Shown: positions 62,459 through 64,000 of the stretch, in pieces | Layout of the letters: the number at the start of each line of letters is the position of its first letter | Numbering within the stretch: the first letter of the stretch is position 1 | Origin: Octopus bimaculoides | Taxonomy: Eukaryota | Assembly (NCBI RefSeq): GCF_001194135.2 | Contig: NC_068986.1 | Coordinates: 6,732,373 to 6,796,372 of the forward strand | Direction: 5' to 3' | DNA: 64,000 bases | Position numbers and translations under genes: made by a program | The notes under the pieces: model-generated | Database searches by the model: none | Told to the model about the DNA's origin: nothing | Seen by the model: the letters and a program-made list of their open reading frames with translations, nothing else

Positions 62459-63867
62459 CTTCACAAAAACAAAAACAAAAAAAATTACATTAAAATATTC
62501 ATATTGTTTGTTGTTAATGAAAAAAGTTACATTTTCAATACATATTTTATATCAATAAGTCAAATCTATATCAATAAGATCAATAAATTTTCCATGTATC
62601 CTTAGCTTCCCTGCCTGTTGTTTCTACTAATCATCTCTTTCCTGTGCCTTCAGCCATTGTTCTCTCTTCTCTACTGTACTCCATCTTTAATACCATTTAT
62701 CAGCTATCACTCTCAATGCCTTTTACCATAATCTACCCTCCACGGCCACACCTATTTCTCTCACCATCTATCTTGTCCTCATACTCTTATGAAACTTCCC
62801 CCTCTATCACCCCGGCCCACTCACCCAAACCAATCCTCTAAGGCATGACTAACACCTCAGATGTAGGAAAACACTCCTAAATTGAAGATGCTCTCACTCA
62901 GCAGGAATAAAACCCAGGCAAACCAAATCAAATTTCCACATTATCTATTCATGACTTAATTATAAATTCAAAATGACTGACAAACTATCCATCAAACTAT
63001 CAAAGATAGTATGCTCTAACTTGGAATGCTAACGGATTGGGATATAGACTAGATGCTGAATCAAAGACATTGATGAAGTTGGCCTAGATTTCATTGTGGA
63101 ATTGCTCATAGCCATATGCAGCAGTTCAAGTATCTCTGGAAGATGAACAAATAAAGTGTATCTAATCACACTGGAACAGCATCTAGGCACATATCAAAGT
63201 AATACACATGCAAAATTTCAGCCTATTACATCAATTATTCTTGGAGATATTGTGACCTAAAGATTGCTACCCAGTCAAAAATGTCATTTCGAGGAAAACA
63301 CAAAAATGCTGGAAACAGTTGATTTTACAACAATGCCCAACTACACAAAGATAATATCCACATTTTGGTGAAATATTTGCAGTTTTGCACAGTCTAATAA
63401 TGCCCAGAAGCATATCTTTTGCTATTTTTCTGAGATTTTGCTATCTGAAATCTGAGGTATTAGTCTTGCCTTAAAATGGTAAAATAAGTTTTAATGAAAA
63501 GTAAATAAAAGATTAATTTCAAAATTAAATAAAAAGAATTGAATTTCTGGATTAGATCATTACAGAAAATCCCAAAAACTTACAGAATCACAGCAACAAT
63601 TGATGTCACACATCATCCCTTTCAGATCACAAGAACATGGCACAAACTTCTTACTTAGAGGGTCGATATTATTTAACGTATGTGCTTCTAGTTGTACTAA
63701 AATATAAAACAAACACATTGAAAGAAAGCAAAAGGCAAACTTTGTTTCAGCATCCTTGAGGTCACTATTTCAAGATGTTGTAAAATTAGTATTAAAAGTA
63801 ATGATAAAAAAGACTTAAAAAAAAAAGATTATTAAAAATATTGCATTATAATGACTTCAAATGAAAT

Positions 63868-63980
63868 TTTGTTAACACATCATCATCATCATCATCGTTT
63901 AACGTCCGCTTTCCATGCTAGCATGGGTTGGACGATTTGACTGAGGACTGGTGGAACCAGATGGCGACACCAGGCTCCAT
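63868..63980 (-). mobile_element. RTE 3' tail
   Basis: (CAT)n followed by gtttaacgtccgctttccatgctagcatggg. Confidence 0.88.
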
Positions 63981-64000
63981 GAAGGAGAGAAACATATCTG

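Overview
This is AT-rich animal genomic DNA with five N-gaps (7447-7588, 12805-12958, 14162-14776, 28704-28720, 33706-33845). The tRNA-derived SINEs and RTE tails ending in (GAT)n suggest an octopus or other coleoid cephalopod (inference). I assembled three spliced genes by hand, all with GT-AG and phase-consistent junctions. (1) MNS1, - strand, exons 1-5, with an ATG-only first coding exon and a paired RFX-type motif upstream; the 3' part lies left of the window. (2) A complete 5-exon, 352-aa + strand gene I do not recognise: two predicted TM helices, a low-complexity tail with an 11-unit [A/M]PRG repeat, and a C-terminal ESEI PDZ-type motif. (3) The last 8 exons of a Tectonic (TCTN2-like) gene, - strand; its 5' part lies right of the window. 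Introns and spacers are full of mobile DNA: a ~6.1-kb Helitron with both ends recognisable, RTE LINEs, three SINE families, mariner and maT remnants, a Merlin remnant, CRE-like and R4-like RLE fragments, and CR1/L2- and Penelope-like scraps. The best candidate for undescribed biology is the orphan 2-TM/(MPRG)n/PDZ-ligand protein lying between two cilia genes. All family assignments come from recalled motifs, not database searches.
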